The notes beneath the pieces were generated by a model that saw only the letters and a program-made list of their open reading frames with translations, was not told the DNA's origin and did not search any database. A program made the position numbers and the translations under genes. Of a stretch of DNA of 64,000 bases, positions 38,215-52,499 are shown one piece after another; the stretch's first letter is position 1; each line of letters opens with the position of its first letter. Location: NCBI RefSeq assembly GCF_006345805.1, contig NC_043009.1, positions 29,884,001-29,948,000 of the forward strand, read 5' to 3'. The DNA comes from Octopus sinensis. Lineage: Eukaryota.

Positions 38215-38713
38215 GACAGAAGGAGAGTTTGTGTTACAGTAGTGTGTATTGGAAGTACAATATATAAACATGCAGAAATTTGAATTATATAGCACATTGT
38301 GAACAAATTCCTGTTCATTCAAACATTCGCCATTTTTTTATTATTCTTTTGTCGTTCAACGCTTCAGACGAGCGCTCTACCTTTCTCTCTTTTTTAAGCT
38401 TAACGTATTCTAAGTTGATATAATTATATTTAAACGTCATACATTAGGGTGTAGTTTGTGGCAGATTCAGTCGTTGTTACTAACAGATCAGTCCATCACG
38501 AACATATGTCCTCGCTGGTTAACCAGTGTTTTGCAAGCAGGAAAGAGGAGGAAGAGAAGAAGCGGTAGGAAGAATAGAAAGACAAAGAGTTGGACAGATG
38601 AAAATGCAGAGCGGCATATAGATAGAGAGAGAGAGAGAGGTGGATAGCATGTGTTAGATAATCAGATAGATAGATGGATAGATAGATAGGTAGACAGATA
38701 TGTATACCGACAG

Positions 38714-38746
<33 letters not shown>

Positions 38747-38753
38747 TTGATAT

Positions 38754-38818
<65 letters not shown>

Positions 38819-39807
38819 GATAGATAGATCGATAGATAGATATATTGATAGATACATAGATAGAGATAGATAGAGATAGATAGATGGATGGAAAGATAGA
38901 CAGATAGATAGATAAGTAAAGAGATACATATAGAGATAGATACATAGATAGACAGACAGACAGAAAAATAGGTAGATAGATACCTGTTTACCAACCTACC
39001 TCCATACGTACGTACCTCCCTACCTACCTACCAAACATCCTACATACGCATATACATACAATTACACATACATACATACATACATACATACATACATACA
39101 TACATGCAGCGTAAGCGCATAAGCACGGATGTACGCGCAGTAAAGTTCTAAAAATATTTTTCACGTCTCTATTATAGTTTTTGGGAAGAAATCCAAGCGG
39201 AGAATCACCAATGTGCTCCTCTCATATACAAGCACACACGCACGCACGCACGCGCGCGCATGAGAAAGTGATCGTGAGCGTATATCATATGACTGCAAGC
39301 ACATCGATACAGCCAGCAACGTATGTAGTTTAGATACGTCAGCACTCTCAAATATTGCCAAATACACGGAGCCATCTTCAGTCCGGAAAAGAGGACTTGT
39401 CACATACTTAGTGAGCAACTAGAATTCTTCAATGTACATACAATGTTATAGACTAACACATACCACCACACACACAAACACACATGCATACACATGCGCG
39501 CGCACACACACAAACATTTACACACATGCACGTATGCATTTATAAGTATATACACAAGTAAATATATATTTGTGTATGTACATATACATACACACACACC
39601 CATATATAGATAGCTATAGATCTGTATATATATGTATATATATTGAGATGGCTATATATATATATATATTTGTCTGCATATATATATATATATAGACATG
39701 TCTATATATATACACATATATATATATACTTACATACATACATACACACACATATATATATATATATAGATATATATCTGTATATATATGTATATATATT
39801 GACATGG

Positions 39808-39843
<36 letters not shown>

Positions 39844-42800
39844 TGGATGCATTTACTCACACATGTGTGCATGTGCCAAGGAAGAATGGACGTATTGTAT
39901 ATGCATATTCTCGTCGATGTGTGTGCGTGCGTGTTTGTGACAGTGTGTTTGTGTGTTTATACGTGTGTGCATGTGTGTGTGTGTGCATATGCGTGTGTAT
40001 CAGTGAAAATAAGTTTCAGTCTATTAAAGAGCAAGAGAGAGAGAATGGAAGAAAGTAAGAGCAAAAAGAAAGAAAATGACAGAATGACAGAATGAGTGGA
40101 AAGAGAGAGAGAGAGAGAGAGGAGGATGGGAGAGAGAGAACGAGAGTGGGCAGAGATGTGTGCGTTAAGAATTTGTGACAGCTGCCTAGATTCTAGGTCC
40201 AGTGTGTGAGAAACTGTTGGCAAGTGAAGTGCCTTAAAGAGATAGTTTGAGATTATAAAAAGTGAGAGCAAACCTTCGTTGTACGATGAATGTTTTAAGA
40301 CAATTGCAAGGCGCCTCTGCTGCAAATATGTCAGAAGAATCATTAAATAATTATATAGAATATTACTGCGTTGTGTATCATAGACATAAGTGCATCGATA
40401 TGGTTGAAGTTTGACATGCGGTATGATAGGACTGATATCGGTGTTGATTACGACGTACAACTGGGGGGAAAGTGTATCTATATGTGTCTGTACGCGTGCG
40501 CCTCCGTGCGTGTGTATGTGTGTGTGCGCCTCCGTGCGTGTGTATGTGTGTATGTGGGCGTGTGTGTGTCTGCGTATAGACATGCATATATCTATAGCCA
40601 CATCTAAATATATGTGTAAACGTACGCGTACATGAATATTTACACACACACACACACATACGCTGTCAAACACTCAGATACATACATGCACACATATATA
40701 TGCATATATACATGAGGAAAAAGTGAGTGAGAAGGCGCGGAATATAGAAAAAAAGACATGATGAGGCTCACAAAAAGAACGCGAATCAGTAACACAAATT
40801 GTTCTAAATCCGACTCTAATATTATTCGCAGCCAAAATCATCGTCGTCATTGACATCAACGGTGGTCACAGAATTAACCCCCTACACCACCACCTTCATC
40901 ATCATTATCCACATCAGAAACATCACTTATTTCGTTATTCTCGTCCTCACATGATAGTTGCTATCAAGCTATGAATGCTAGTTAACTGCATTTTTGAATT
41001 AGTTGTTTAATATGCATGCCCCTAGTGCATAGCTGGTATTTATTGGAAAGAACCACACCAAGATATGCAATATTGAATAGAAAATACTGAATTCTTTTTC
41101 AGTTATAAAGTTGCAGAAATCAGCTTAACATAACATTCACGATACCGAATAGAAACTCAAGATTAGTAACACAACAGAGTTACTCTAACCGACCGCCATA
41201 CTTCATAGAAATCATTGCCTCTGTGTCATGTTGCAGCTTGAAATATGAAACAGCGATTTACGTGCTGTAAACTGTATGTTACTGCTTGGAAATGACGAAA
41301 AACGATATTACCCCGAATAGAATACCTTTCGTTAAAGGCAGGCCTAGCTTGTGGGGATAAATCACAAAAAAATATTTGGATAACTTTAAGAATATTTCCA
41401 AAGTTAGTTGAATCTTGTCGTGGTTCTTCAAAATATAGAGAATTATCGTACTGCCTTCATTCTCTTACATAATTTTTGTTCTATTTATTCCAAAAGAAAA
41501 CTGCGCCATATTTAACTCTATTTAAGCTACTGCTATTTCGGTTAGTGTTTGTTTTGTTTTTCCGTGCTGCTTCCTATCAATATTTTTTGCTTTTTTTTTT
41601 TATATTTCTCGCTCGAAGCCTTAGTCTCTTTCTTTCTTTTAGAAACTAGCTTCTGCATTTTCTGACACGCCATGTACTTCTCTGAATCCTTCTCTTTTGT
41701 AAGCTGCCACATTCTGATGTCTGCTTGTCACGCACACAGAAGCACATATGCATGACCAGTTTTATAGTATTTGATTGAACTATTTCTAAATTTCAAGAAT
41801 GCTAAAATATAACATGGTAATTCCAATAATGTTTTCAAAGTCGCAATATTATGTCTCTCTTGAGAGAAATATACAGAGCAGTGAGAAAGCTATAAACGGT
41901 CTGACTTTACGATGAATGAACGATTTGGTCCCATGGTGTCTCACATCAGAACAAGGTGTTTGGGAATATCTATCTCACAGCTTGCGTCCTTCGTTTATAG
42001 ACATTTGTCTAAACAGAAGGTTAGGCTATACTATCATGACAATATCTACCTAATTACCATTCCGCATTGTATATTCGTTCTCTCGTAACACTATTCCAAT
42101 TGCACTACACTTCCCTTTGAAGATATGCATATGAGACAAGTGATATGAACTCAGACATCACTTTTACACGACTGTTAAACCTCTTGTCTGATTTCCCCCA
42201 CTTGCATTTTCTTATAGTTCTGACATTCAAATATTTCTTCTTCGCTGTACTTGTTGCGGATTTGAGTCTTAGCGTGAATATAAGAAGCTAACACTAATGA
42301 ATGAAAAGAAAAAATTCTTCCATATTCCATGCTGTGAAGGATAATTAATTACACATTAATAATAGCGGCTTCAATGAGCTTCCAAAATATCCGTGCATTA
42401 TCTAAGTATTGTCGTGCACTATATTATCAATGGTCACGTACTTCTGAAAGGTTGTAGCGCGAAAACGGAAGAAAAATAGCTGCAAGCATCTACAGATATT
42501 TACCAGAAGTATGCACTACACTTCACAGCGAAAACATTGGACAACGGGTAAGAATCTAGTTTACACAAAAATAATAATATACGGAAGGTAACGAAATAAC
42601 ATCATGTGATTCCCATACATTACTTAGTGGCATCAATGCATAAAATTTAAGTATGTAATAATGCTCCAACAATGACGGTGGTGTTGATGTATGACCATGG
42701 GTCCGTTTAGATTCAGTGGATATATGTGTTCCAGCCGTGTCTGACCATCATGTATTCGGGTTAGATAAAGCAATATCTACAAAGTGCAGTATTAAACATC

Positions 42801-42890
42801 ACACTCTGTTAAGCTCACATACACCCACACATGTATATACATGAGTATACATGTGTATGATTGTATATATATAGATATATATATACAATC

Positions 42891-42925
<35 letters not shown>

Positions 42926-43647
42926 GCATATGTATGTATACATATACGTATGTATGTATGCGTATATACATGTATACATATATATATATATATATAATAC
43001 GCGTGTATATATATATACACGTATATGTATGTATACATATACGTATCTATACACATGTATACACACACACACACGCGCGTATATATATATATATATATAA
43101 TAATTCACGTCTATAAGAGATGATTTCTCGGGAAGTTTAGTGCAGTTTATGACTTTAAAACAGATAGTTTAAACAGCATTTTCAAAGTAGTCACTTCCAA
43201 ATTAATATTCCTCACAAAAATTGCTCCCGTCACTAATAGCTAAGTTATGCACAGCCTGCTAACTTGTTTGCGATATCACTGTCTGTTTAAAGTGTTTTAA
43301 ACTATATTATATCACTAGATTTTGGCCTGGCATTCTTTGATTGACTATCTATTCCTGATCATGCGAAAATATGCTGAAGTCTCATGATACATCTCTTCCA
43401 TCAGTGTGTGCCGACGAAATTTTTTAAAAATATATTATCTTTGCTATTTAGCTCTATACATCTACACGCCATGGCTTCTCAGGGCTGGTGCTTATGTCTT
43501 TTAAACAACACACCCAACTAAAGTTGGATGTACTCATTGGATATATACACACACAAACACACACATATATATCTTACCTGAAACCGAGGAAAGAAGTGTT
43601 TGTATATATATATATATATATATAATATATATATATATATATACGTG

Positions 43648-43760
43648 AAGACGCGTGGCCCAGTGGGTAGGCTTGCAGCAATTATGATCAGAAGGGGGAA
43701 TGTTGACCTGCTCAGTAAACCAGCGGGTCAAGGACATCATTAAAACGTTTATTAAACGCT
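43648..43760 (+). mobile_element. Decayed tRNA-derived SINE head
   Basis: GAAGACGCGTGGCCCAGTGGGTAGG resembles the heads at 47761, 57650 and 58863. Confidence 0.5.
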
Positions 43761-43825
43761 TGTTTTTTGGCAAGTGCAGTAAACCCGATAGTGTGCAGGT
43801 ATCTATTTCTCTCCTCTCTCTCTCC

Positions 43826-43882
<57 letters not shown>

Positions 43883-43920
43883 ATATAAAATATATATATA
43901 TATATATAGATATATATATA

Positions 43921-43951
<31 letters not shown>

Positions 43952-44034
43952 CAATGTAGGATAGTATTACTCACAGGACTATGTATACACATACATACAT
44001 ATTTTTATATTATGCACCTCCAGAAGTATATACA

Positions 44035-44251
44035 TACGAGGAGGTGCTGGAAAGATCCTGGCTTTGGGTGAACGAAAATACAGAAGAATCAGTTAATTAT
44101 GATTTTATTAACCATATTCACTTCTCAGATTCACACACTTATTATTGCGTGCCTTCAGTTTTTCTAAATCCTGTAAAGAAATCGGAAGGTTGAGCTTCTA
44201 ATCAGGCCTTTCGCGTATCCTTAAAGCCACGAATCGTTTCAGCACCCACCG
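44035..44251. mobile_element. Mariner-type MITE (about 217 bp)
   Basis: Left TIR TACGAGGAGGTGCTGGAAAGATCCTGGCTTT and imperfect right TIR AAAGCCACGAATCGTTTCAGCACCCACCG; mariner-like TACGAGG terminus; non-coding. Confidence 0.7.
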
Positions 44252-45841
44252 CCTACACGTTCCTTTACTGCATGCTATACAACGATAGGAAACCGTGTTT
44301 GGTTACATCTTGTTTGAGTGTGAAGGAAATTTCGTGGCATTTTACAAGCGTATCTTTACTGCTGCCTTCCTTCAGGTGTTGTTTAACACGACAGTAGCTT
44401 GTTTATTACCGCAAATCTAAGATTTCTACAGAGTAATCACAGAGAGAGAGAGAGAGAGACAGAGGGAGAGTGTGCGCGTGTGTTAATGTGTGCGCGCGTG
44501 CGCGTGTGTGTCAGAGAGAGAGTAGGAAGAGCGCGTTATATGGGTGGCACATTTTATCATCCCGAAAGAGTGACGGGCAAAGATGGCTTCAGCCTGACGA
44601 AATTGGAATTCAAATTCTCTATGTCAAACTAATGATTGTGACAGTTCTCTATCTTTGGGTATATAGAATAAGACATTTGCATGACAAAGAGAAACGCAGC
44701 TAATAAATACTGACATATTTACATACATACATACACACACAAACACACACACAGAGTCATATACTCATTGATATTACGCACATGGACATATATTCTACTA
44801 TTTGCCAGCTATATATATTTTTTAGAATATCATGAAATCTATGTTACAGAATGTAAGCACACATTAAACGTATGCATATATTCTATATTTATGCGCATAT
44901 TCATGCTTGGATGTATGCATTTATGTATGTAGACATAACCATAGGCTGGTGCTGGAAGGAAGGCAATAGCAGATGCGCTCTTCTTTAAAGGAAATAGCAG
45001 GACACCTACCGAAGTACGTGTCCATCGTTCACGCCCCATAAATCTTTGCGTATGTCTCTTTCCTTGTGTTTCTATGAGCTTGTGTGATTGTGTATTTATT
45101 AGCTGTGTGCTCAAGAGAAAGTGGTCACATATTTATTCTTCTGGTGTGTGGTTGTGAATGTCACGTGTTAAACTATTTGTTTATATGCATATATGCGTGC
45201 GTGTGTGTGTGTGTCTGTGTCTGTGCGTGGGTGTGCGAGTGGTCGGTATTCGCTTTAATAATTCTTTTTAATAATTCGTGAATTAAGATGTATTAAGGAG
45301 AGAACAATCAGGTGGGTACTGTTAGCAATGCCCTCCTTATCTTCTCTCTCCTCGCATTTTCCTTTGTGCTTCTTTGTCCTCCCGACCATATTTGGCATCG
45401 TCTTTATCGGTGATCACCCTCATTATCACAATCCACGTCGTCATCATCATCACCACCACCATCATCATCAATATCAACAACCCCATATTTCTTCATTACT
45501 AATAAACAAGTGTGATTGTGACGATGAGATGGCATTGATGATAATACTGACCACAGAGTAGATAGCTATTGTATAAAGATGCTAATAATAATAATAATAA
45601 TAATAAATTAATTAAGTAATTAATTAATTAAACTATAATGATGTTACGACAATATGGCAAAATAGATCCACAGCCAACAAAGAGTAAAGACGTAGTATGA
45701 CCAAACTTCAGAAGGAGTTACTGAGAATGAAGATGGCAAAAATTTTGTGTGATGTAAATTTTTCAGTGTGACTATGAGATCATACATCGGAAACCTGACA
45801 TTGTTGTGGTAAAAGAAAAAGTAAAAAAGTAGTAGTAGCAA

Positions 45842-45920
<79 letters not shown>

Positions 45921-46691
45921 AAAGTTGCTGTTGGTGATGCAGCAGCACCAACATTAGCATCACAAAATCAATTTTTGTGTATCATAATTTGATATAATTT
46001 CATCAGAAATATTTCATAAACTCATAAAATATTGAAAGTAAATGATAAGATAAATAAATAAAAAAATAAAAAAATAAAGAGATAAAGAGATAAAATAAAT
46101 TAATTTTCAAAGACAGCCAAAGTAAACTAATATGTAATTTTTGGTAACTTTTATTTATCGGGAAGAAAAGCAACGGAAAATAACGCAATGAAATAAAACT
46201 GAAATAACGAAAGATATTGAAGTTATAAAACCCAAAATGTTTCCAATTAAAAATGGTAAATCCATGAATAATTCTAAACTGACCACATTCACATTTGGCA
46301 ACTTTGTCAAGCGGCTTATGTTAATGTGACTCTATATTTCTAAAGAAGTAATCCTTTCAATCTAGGTCATTAGAGACGCTACAAGGAATCATTAAAAGAC
46401 AAATAAAGGTATTAGGAATCAGTCTAAAACAGCTTATAAAATTGTTGAGATGCCTAGATTTTAGCTTTAACAAAACCTTAACTAATGAATGTATTTCTCT
46501 CTTTATCTTCTTCATAGGTTGTGTACTTATGTTTAAGTATGTGTTTGTGTATATGCATATATAGCGTACGTCTGTATGTATGTATACAAGGTGTCTCAAA
46601 AATATATACAGGAAATGATCATTGAAAAACAAATTTGCTAAAAACAAAAGTGCTTATTAAAAAAAATTCATTTCCGAAATCTAGATTGAGA

Positions 46692-46733
<42 letters not shown>

Positions 46734-47103
46734 GTGTGTGTGTGTATATATATATATATATTATATATATATATCTATATATATATATGTATAGGTATGT
46801 ATGTATGTATGTATGTATGTATGTATGTATGTATGTATGTATGTATGTATGTATATGGACAGCGAAAGCTGATTACGTCATTTTATCCCAACTTAAAAAT
46901 ATTTTGACTTTTTGCGTTTCTATAATCATTTTTGCTTTTATTCATTCTCGAACTTGATGGCCATATAACAACCGGCCATCCGACAAAAAAATCTCTAGTG
47001 AAACTTCTTTATCAATATACCTGATGTGACCCAGTGTGATGGCTCGAAACATATGCTGCACCTAATAAAAGTATAATACGGAATCCACCTCCTACTTTTA
47101 ATA

Positions 47104-47142
<39 letters not shown>

Positions 47143-47150
47143 CACACACA

Positions 47151-47186
<36 letters not shown>

Positions 47187-47698
47187 AACGCTGCTCTTGA
47201 CCATTATTTTTGATATTGATCTTGTATACCTCTGTGTCTGTGCGTTCGATCACGCCGTTGCCATCGTGGTTGCTGTTGTTGTTGTTCGTGTTCTGATTGT
47301 TGCAGCTGTTAGTAAAGTTAACGTGTGTGTGTTCGTGTGTGTATATGGGTTTGTATACTATGTGGTTTGGCACAGTTACAAACAACTTCCGAATCGGTCG
47401 TTGACTTCCTATGTGCTTGGTCTATGAAATAGATATCTTCTTCAGAACTGTTGATTAGCAAAATTGTAAGGTTTGCTTCTGAGGCGGATTTAGGAAAGGT
47501 GGGTAGGGAAAAGGGCCACAGATGTAGGAAATAATCCAAGATAGGTTTTAAGTACTGGGAGTGAAAGAATAAACTTTAGAAAGACGAAGTACTACTGTAG
47601 TAGTATCACGAAACTGAATGTTAATTTTTGTGGGTTGGTGTAATTCAGCACGATAAGACAGTTTATGAATTGCAACACCCACCTTATACACACACGCA

Positions 47699-47756
<58 letters not shown>

Positions 47757-47760
47757 TAAA

Positions 47761-48077
47761 GGCGCGTGGCTCAGTTGTAAGGTATTCGGCTCGCGATCGT
47801 AAGATCGTGAGTTCAATTCCCAGCGACGCGTTGTATCCTTGAGCAAAAGACTTTATTTCACGTTGCTTCAGTTCACTCAACTGGCAAAAATGAGCAGTAC
47901 CTCTATTTCAAAGACCCAGCATGGTCACACTCTGTGTTACGCTGGATCTCCCTGAGAACTACGTTAAGAGTACGCGTGTCTGCGGAGTGCTCAGCCACTT
48001 GCACTTTAATTTCACTCGCAAGCCGTTCCGTTCATCGGATTGAGTGGAGCCCTCGTCGACGTTACCGACGGAGTGCT
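47761..48077 (+). mobile_element. tRNA-derived SINE with conserved central domain
   Basis: Head GGCGCGTGGCTCAGTTGTAAGG...GAGTTCAATTCCC. The central CCTTGAGCAAAAGACTTTATTTCACGTTGC is shared with 57650. Confidence 0.85.
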
Positions 48078-48079
48078 AG

Positions 48080-48125
<46 letters not shown>

Positions 48126-50742
48126 ATAATAACAAAATAATAAATAAAACATATGCATATATACATACATATACGTACATACCTACATCTATATGTATAT
48201 ATACATGCATATATGGGCACAGGGCGCCAAAAAAAAAACGTTGAACACAATAAGAAACGAAAACATAAAAACAAAACCAAGGAAACGGACATTTTTTAAA
48301 CAACGAAAAAACAGAGTAAAAAACATACAACACAAGGAAATTTTCCCTTCTTCAGCCGCCTCTGTTTCGTCTACTCCGTGTTTCGAAGGTAAAGGTGAGA
48401 CATGACTTCTTGGAAACAATCCTTCCCGCAAAGCAAATTAAATAAGATTTGAAATTTTTACCGGAGGGGTAAAAGTGGTGACAAAAACAGGACAGTAAAG
48501 ACAATACAATTAAAAACAGTTAAAGACAGGACAAGGAGAATAACAGTAACACAAACATTAAAGGCTGTTAAGCCTGAACGAAAGAAAAATTATTTTGAAC
48601 GCTTTGAAAACGGCTTGAGAGGGACAGAGAAAGTTCTGTGTACAGAAGAATTCCACCCTAAGTGTTTTAAAATAAAACGATGCAAGCGAGAGGTGGTGGT
48701 GGGTAATAGTCTGGGCCGCGTTCAGTGGTTTAGGTGTTGGTCCAATTGTTAAGGTTGATAGCATACTGAACAGTGTGGGCTATCTACACTTAGTAAATGA
48801 AAATGTGCTGCCATATTTAAATAATGAGATGTTACCGGGATCTGTTTTCTCAACTGTAATGAAAATTCTACAATATTTTCTCTCTAAACAGAAAAAAATA
48901 TTTTTAAGGTGTGTATGAGACAACTTTGTTATGCTTATAAGCATTTTGGGAGCATTCGAGATCAGTTATTTATAATCCACATTTCGTTACGGTCAAAATT
49001 ATATATTTAAGTGAAGCAACACCACTTGTCAGCTTGTGTTCTTTTAATCGATATCGCAAATATGAAAACTGCATTCGATCTATGCTGGATCTAAGCCCAA
49101 AACATATAACAGCGTGAATACTGCAACATCTCTTTCTAGTACTTAAACTACGCCTACGTGAATTATTCCGTTAAGAATTTCAAGCACCGAATTAACAGAA
49201 TCGTTCATTTGTCCTAGTTTTTATGGAGTTCATCTACTACTGACGTCAACATTGGTATTCATGCTTTTGATATCTATAGAATAACGTGTACTAGCTCAAA
49301 AAATAATTTATAGAGTAGCGAACAATGACGTTCCAAAATTACATTCGGTACTTTTCGTTTCTTTATATCCTATATCTAGTGCAGATCGGGTGAACTTCTC
49401 TGTACTTTTGCTGTATTCAAAATAGAAGAATTACTTTCAATGAATAATAAGCACTGCAGTTTCTCTTAAACGACAACGATGAAACTGCAGAAGGAGATAG
49501 ATCAAACCCGAATGATTAATAAATAAAAAATATTGCTTTCCAAAATAAACATATGAGGCCTTATTTTGAAGATGCGTATAATTGTTTATTTTGCATTCGT
49601 GCTTGAAAAGTGTTTTATGGAAATAGTAGACTCCAGTACAACTCAATCCCAAGCGAATCTGAACTCAGAGCAGAATTTAATTGAGCTGAATTAATACCTC
49701 ATGTCAGATTCGCCAGTGCCATTGTTAATTCCGATGGTCACATCCCACTACTATTAAGAAAACCGCAATATCAGTATGGCTCGAACGACAAATAATTATA
49801 TTATTCTTGATTGAATCATCTGCAGGTAGGTGTTTGATATGTTTTACAAAGTAATGTATATGCAACAGTTTTCGTCTTCCATAAAGCAAATATATGATTT
49901 TTGTAACACCTGGAACCATGAAATTAAATTCTGAATGCATTTTGTTTGCGGTTAGCTGTCAGAGAATAGAGTTCTTTGACCGATTTCTTTAACCTTCTAA
50001 AAAAATTAAAATATTTAATTCATGTATATCGAAATCGCTTTCCAGAAATGTGTGCATGCCGCAATATCTTAGACACTAATTCATAATGAATTTTGTGATT
50101 TGTCAAAGAAATCCATGCATTTTCTTAATATATTGATGCACATTAAACTGGTACTGCAGTGACAAATTTAATTAAATGATTTTGCAGAAACTGTTTTCGA
50201 CACTTCACAATTCTAATATTCCACTCAGAGAAAGGTTCACGTAATCTTTTATCTCTCCAAGGTCGATAAGATAGTTTCAGGTTATAAACTGAACTACATA
50301 TCTTCATCTTTCTTACAAGAAAACTGTGCTGTGCTTAAAAATGCAACTCCTTCACCAAAATCAATATTTTCATACAATTGATACCTAAATTCTGATTAGC
50401 TCTACTAAATCTAAATTATCATTAGTTTGGTCCTTGTCGTTGATAAAACATTGTTTATTAAACCAGAAAGATTAGAGATGGAGGCTAAAGAAATCAATAT
50501 TAATTAACATGATAATCTGTTGCCAAGTTACGTAGGGGGAACTGGTAATTCATTTCGTATTAGTTGAGGTATAAGATTGCTAGACATTATTGCCTAATGT
50601 TTCCTTTATCTTCTGCGGCTTATCAAACTACTGCAAACCATTTAGATTGTGGAATTTCCAATAACACAAAGGAAACTTTTCAATTCCGTATTTCGCCGTG
50701 AATTCTAGTAGCATGTAGTTAACGCTGTCATTATTATTATTA

Positions 50743-50820
<78 letters not shown>

Positions 50821-51177
50821 CATTATCATCATCATCATTATTATTTCTTTCCTCGTCGTGTTTTCAACAGTCTCATACGAGTTCCTACTCCACCCCAAAT
50901 TACACATTCCTGTTCTGTGGCATGTGTTTTATTGTGTTTTGGAATGTAGAATAGTCTTTGGCTATTCTTGGCTTCCTTCAATGCAAAAGCATTTTCTCTT
51001 TATGTGCGTTTGTGTTCTCTGGCTATGATTTTTCTTGTTCTTTAAAAGATATTGCCATAGTCCTACAGAAGATACGGCACAATAATTTTCTAGTTTCGTA
51101 GGACTTCTTGTATGTTTCTGTATTATCTATTATTAAACTGTGTTAAATTTTTGTTGGTTCATTCTAAATACACTTAC

Positions 51178-51219
51178 CTTGACTTTCTGCTTGGTCTTCT
51201 TACGGCATTTATTATGAAG
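51178..51219 (-). CDS. Candidate 42-nt frame-preserving micro-exon
   Basis: CTTTCTTATACATTTTCAG|CTTCAT...GTCAAG|GTAAGT. Open as LHNKCRKKTKQKVK (phase 0) or FIINAVRRPSRKS (phase 2). Confidence 0.35.
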
Positions 51220-52499
51220 CTGAAAATGTATAAGAAAGTATTTATCAGAAAGGTAATCAGTATATTGTAAATTGTCACCATATGTTTTACATTTAGTTCT
51301 GTTTTATTCAAATATTTATATATTAATTCTTTCCCAACCTCCTTTTCATTTTCACCATGTATTCTGTTATGATAGATTATACGCAAATAATTCATTTATT
51401 TTTACTAAGATTCAATTCTAACTAACATGATTACTGTTCTTATTTTATTTACTCCTCTTTAAGTTTTCCTTGGTGCATTTCTTTAATCAGAATTGTATTT
51501 AAATTACTCTATTAAGTCTGTGTACGTAGTGTAGCAATATTTCGTTACTTATCAGCGTACAACTTGATGTTGTCTACATACAAAAAGCTTAATATTATCC
51601 TCCCTTAGCATTTATATCCGAGTCTTGTCTAGTTTGACATGTTAGCCAATTCTTTTAGCAACAGACTGATTCGGATTGCCCTATACTGAGCGTGGCCCTT
51701 TGCGTGTTGGGTAAACGCAGTTAATCTGTAACTTTAGCTACGTTCAATTTGTTGTGGATCAACGTTTTTAATAATCATAACATGAACGGGCTAGCAGGTA
51801 GACGTAAGCATGAAAAGTATTTCACTGAAATTTGAAATGAATGACAAAAATCAAGCGGAGCAGAGATAGATATAGAAAAATGGTCGAGAGAAAGAATAGT
51901 CGAGAGAAAGAGATAAGGAAAGGTAACCTGATGCTAGGAGAAAAAGTTAAATGTAGAGATGCGAAAACCAAATGAACGCGAAAACTTTGGTAGAATAAAA
52001 GAAAATTATAGTGCAGTATAGAACTAAATTAGAAACGATAAATGTATCCATGTAGTGATTGGTGCATGTATGTGTATGTGTGTGAATGTAAGTCTGTGTG
52101 TGTGTGCATGTGGGAGTGTATTTTAAATTTAGATGTTTTATTAGTTTTCGATAATTATATGGCAACTTCACTTCCACAAAAAAATTTTGTGTTAATACAT
52201 AGCAACAAATGAAAATGTCTAAAGAATAAGAAGAATGCAAAACAGCTGGAGTTTGAGAGTAACATAATGCTGTGACGGCCACAGAAAAAGACAGAAAAGT
52301 TTGAATTTTAAATAATACTTGGAACTGTAGGATAATGCATCAATGTTTGTATCCGTTCCTTTGGGAAAGCATGATGGAATTGTTATAAAATTTCTGAGTA
52401 TTGTAAATCCCAGGTGGAATGGAAAAACATCACAGTGGAGGAAAGAAAAACTAATCTGAGTGGGAATTTTGAATAATATTTGCAGAACCGCACCAGATT

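Noticed and set aside
48330-48420. Minus-strand CTGAAGA plus two GAAAC motifs as a hammerhead
   Set aside because: The motifs are in the wrong order, and I could not build stems I-III consistently.
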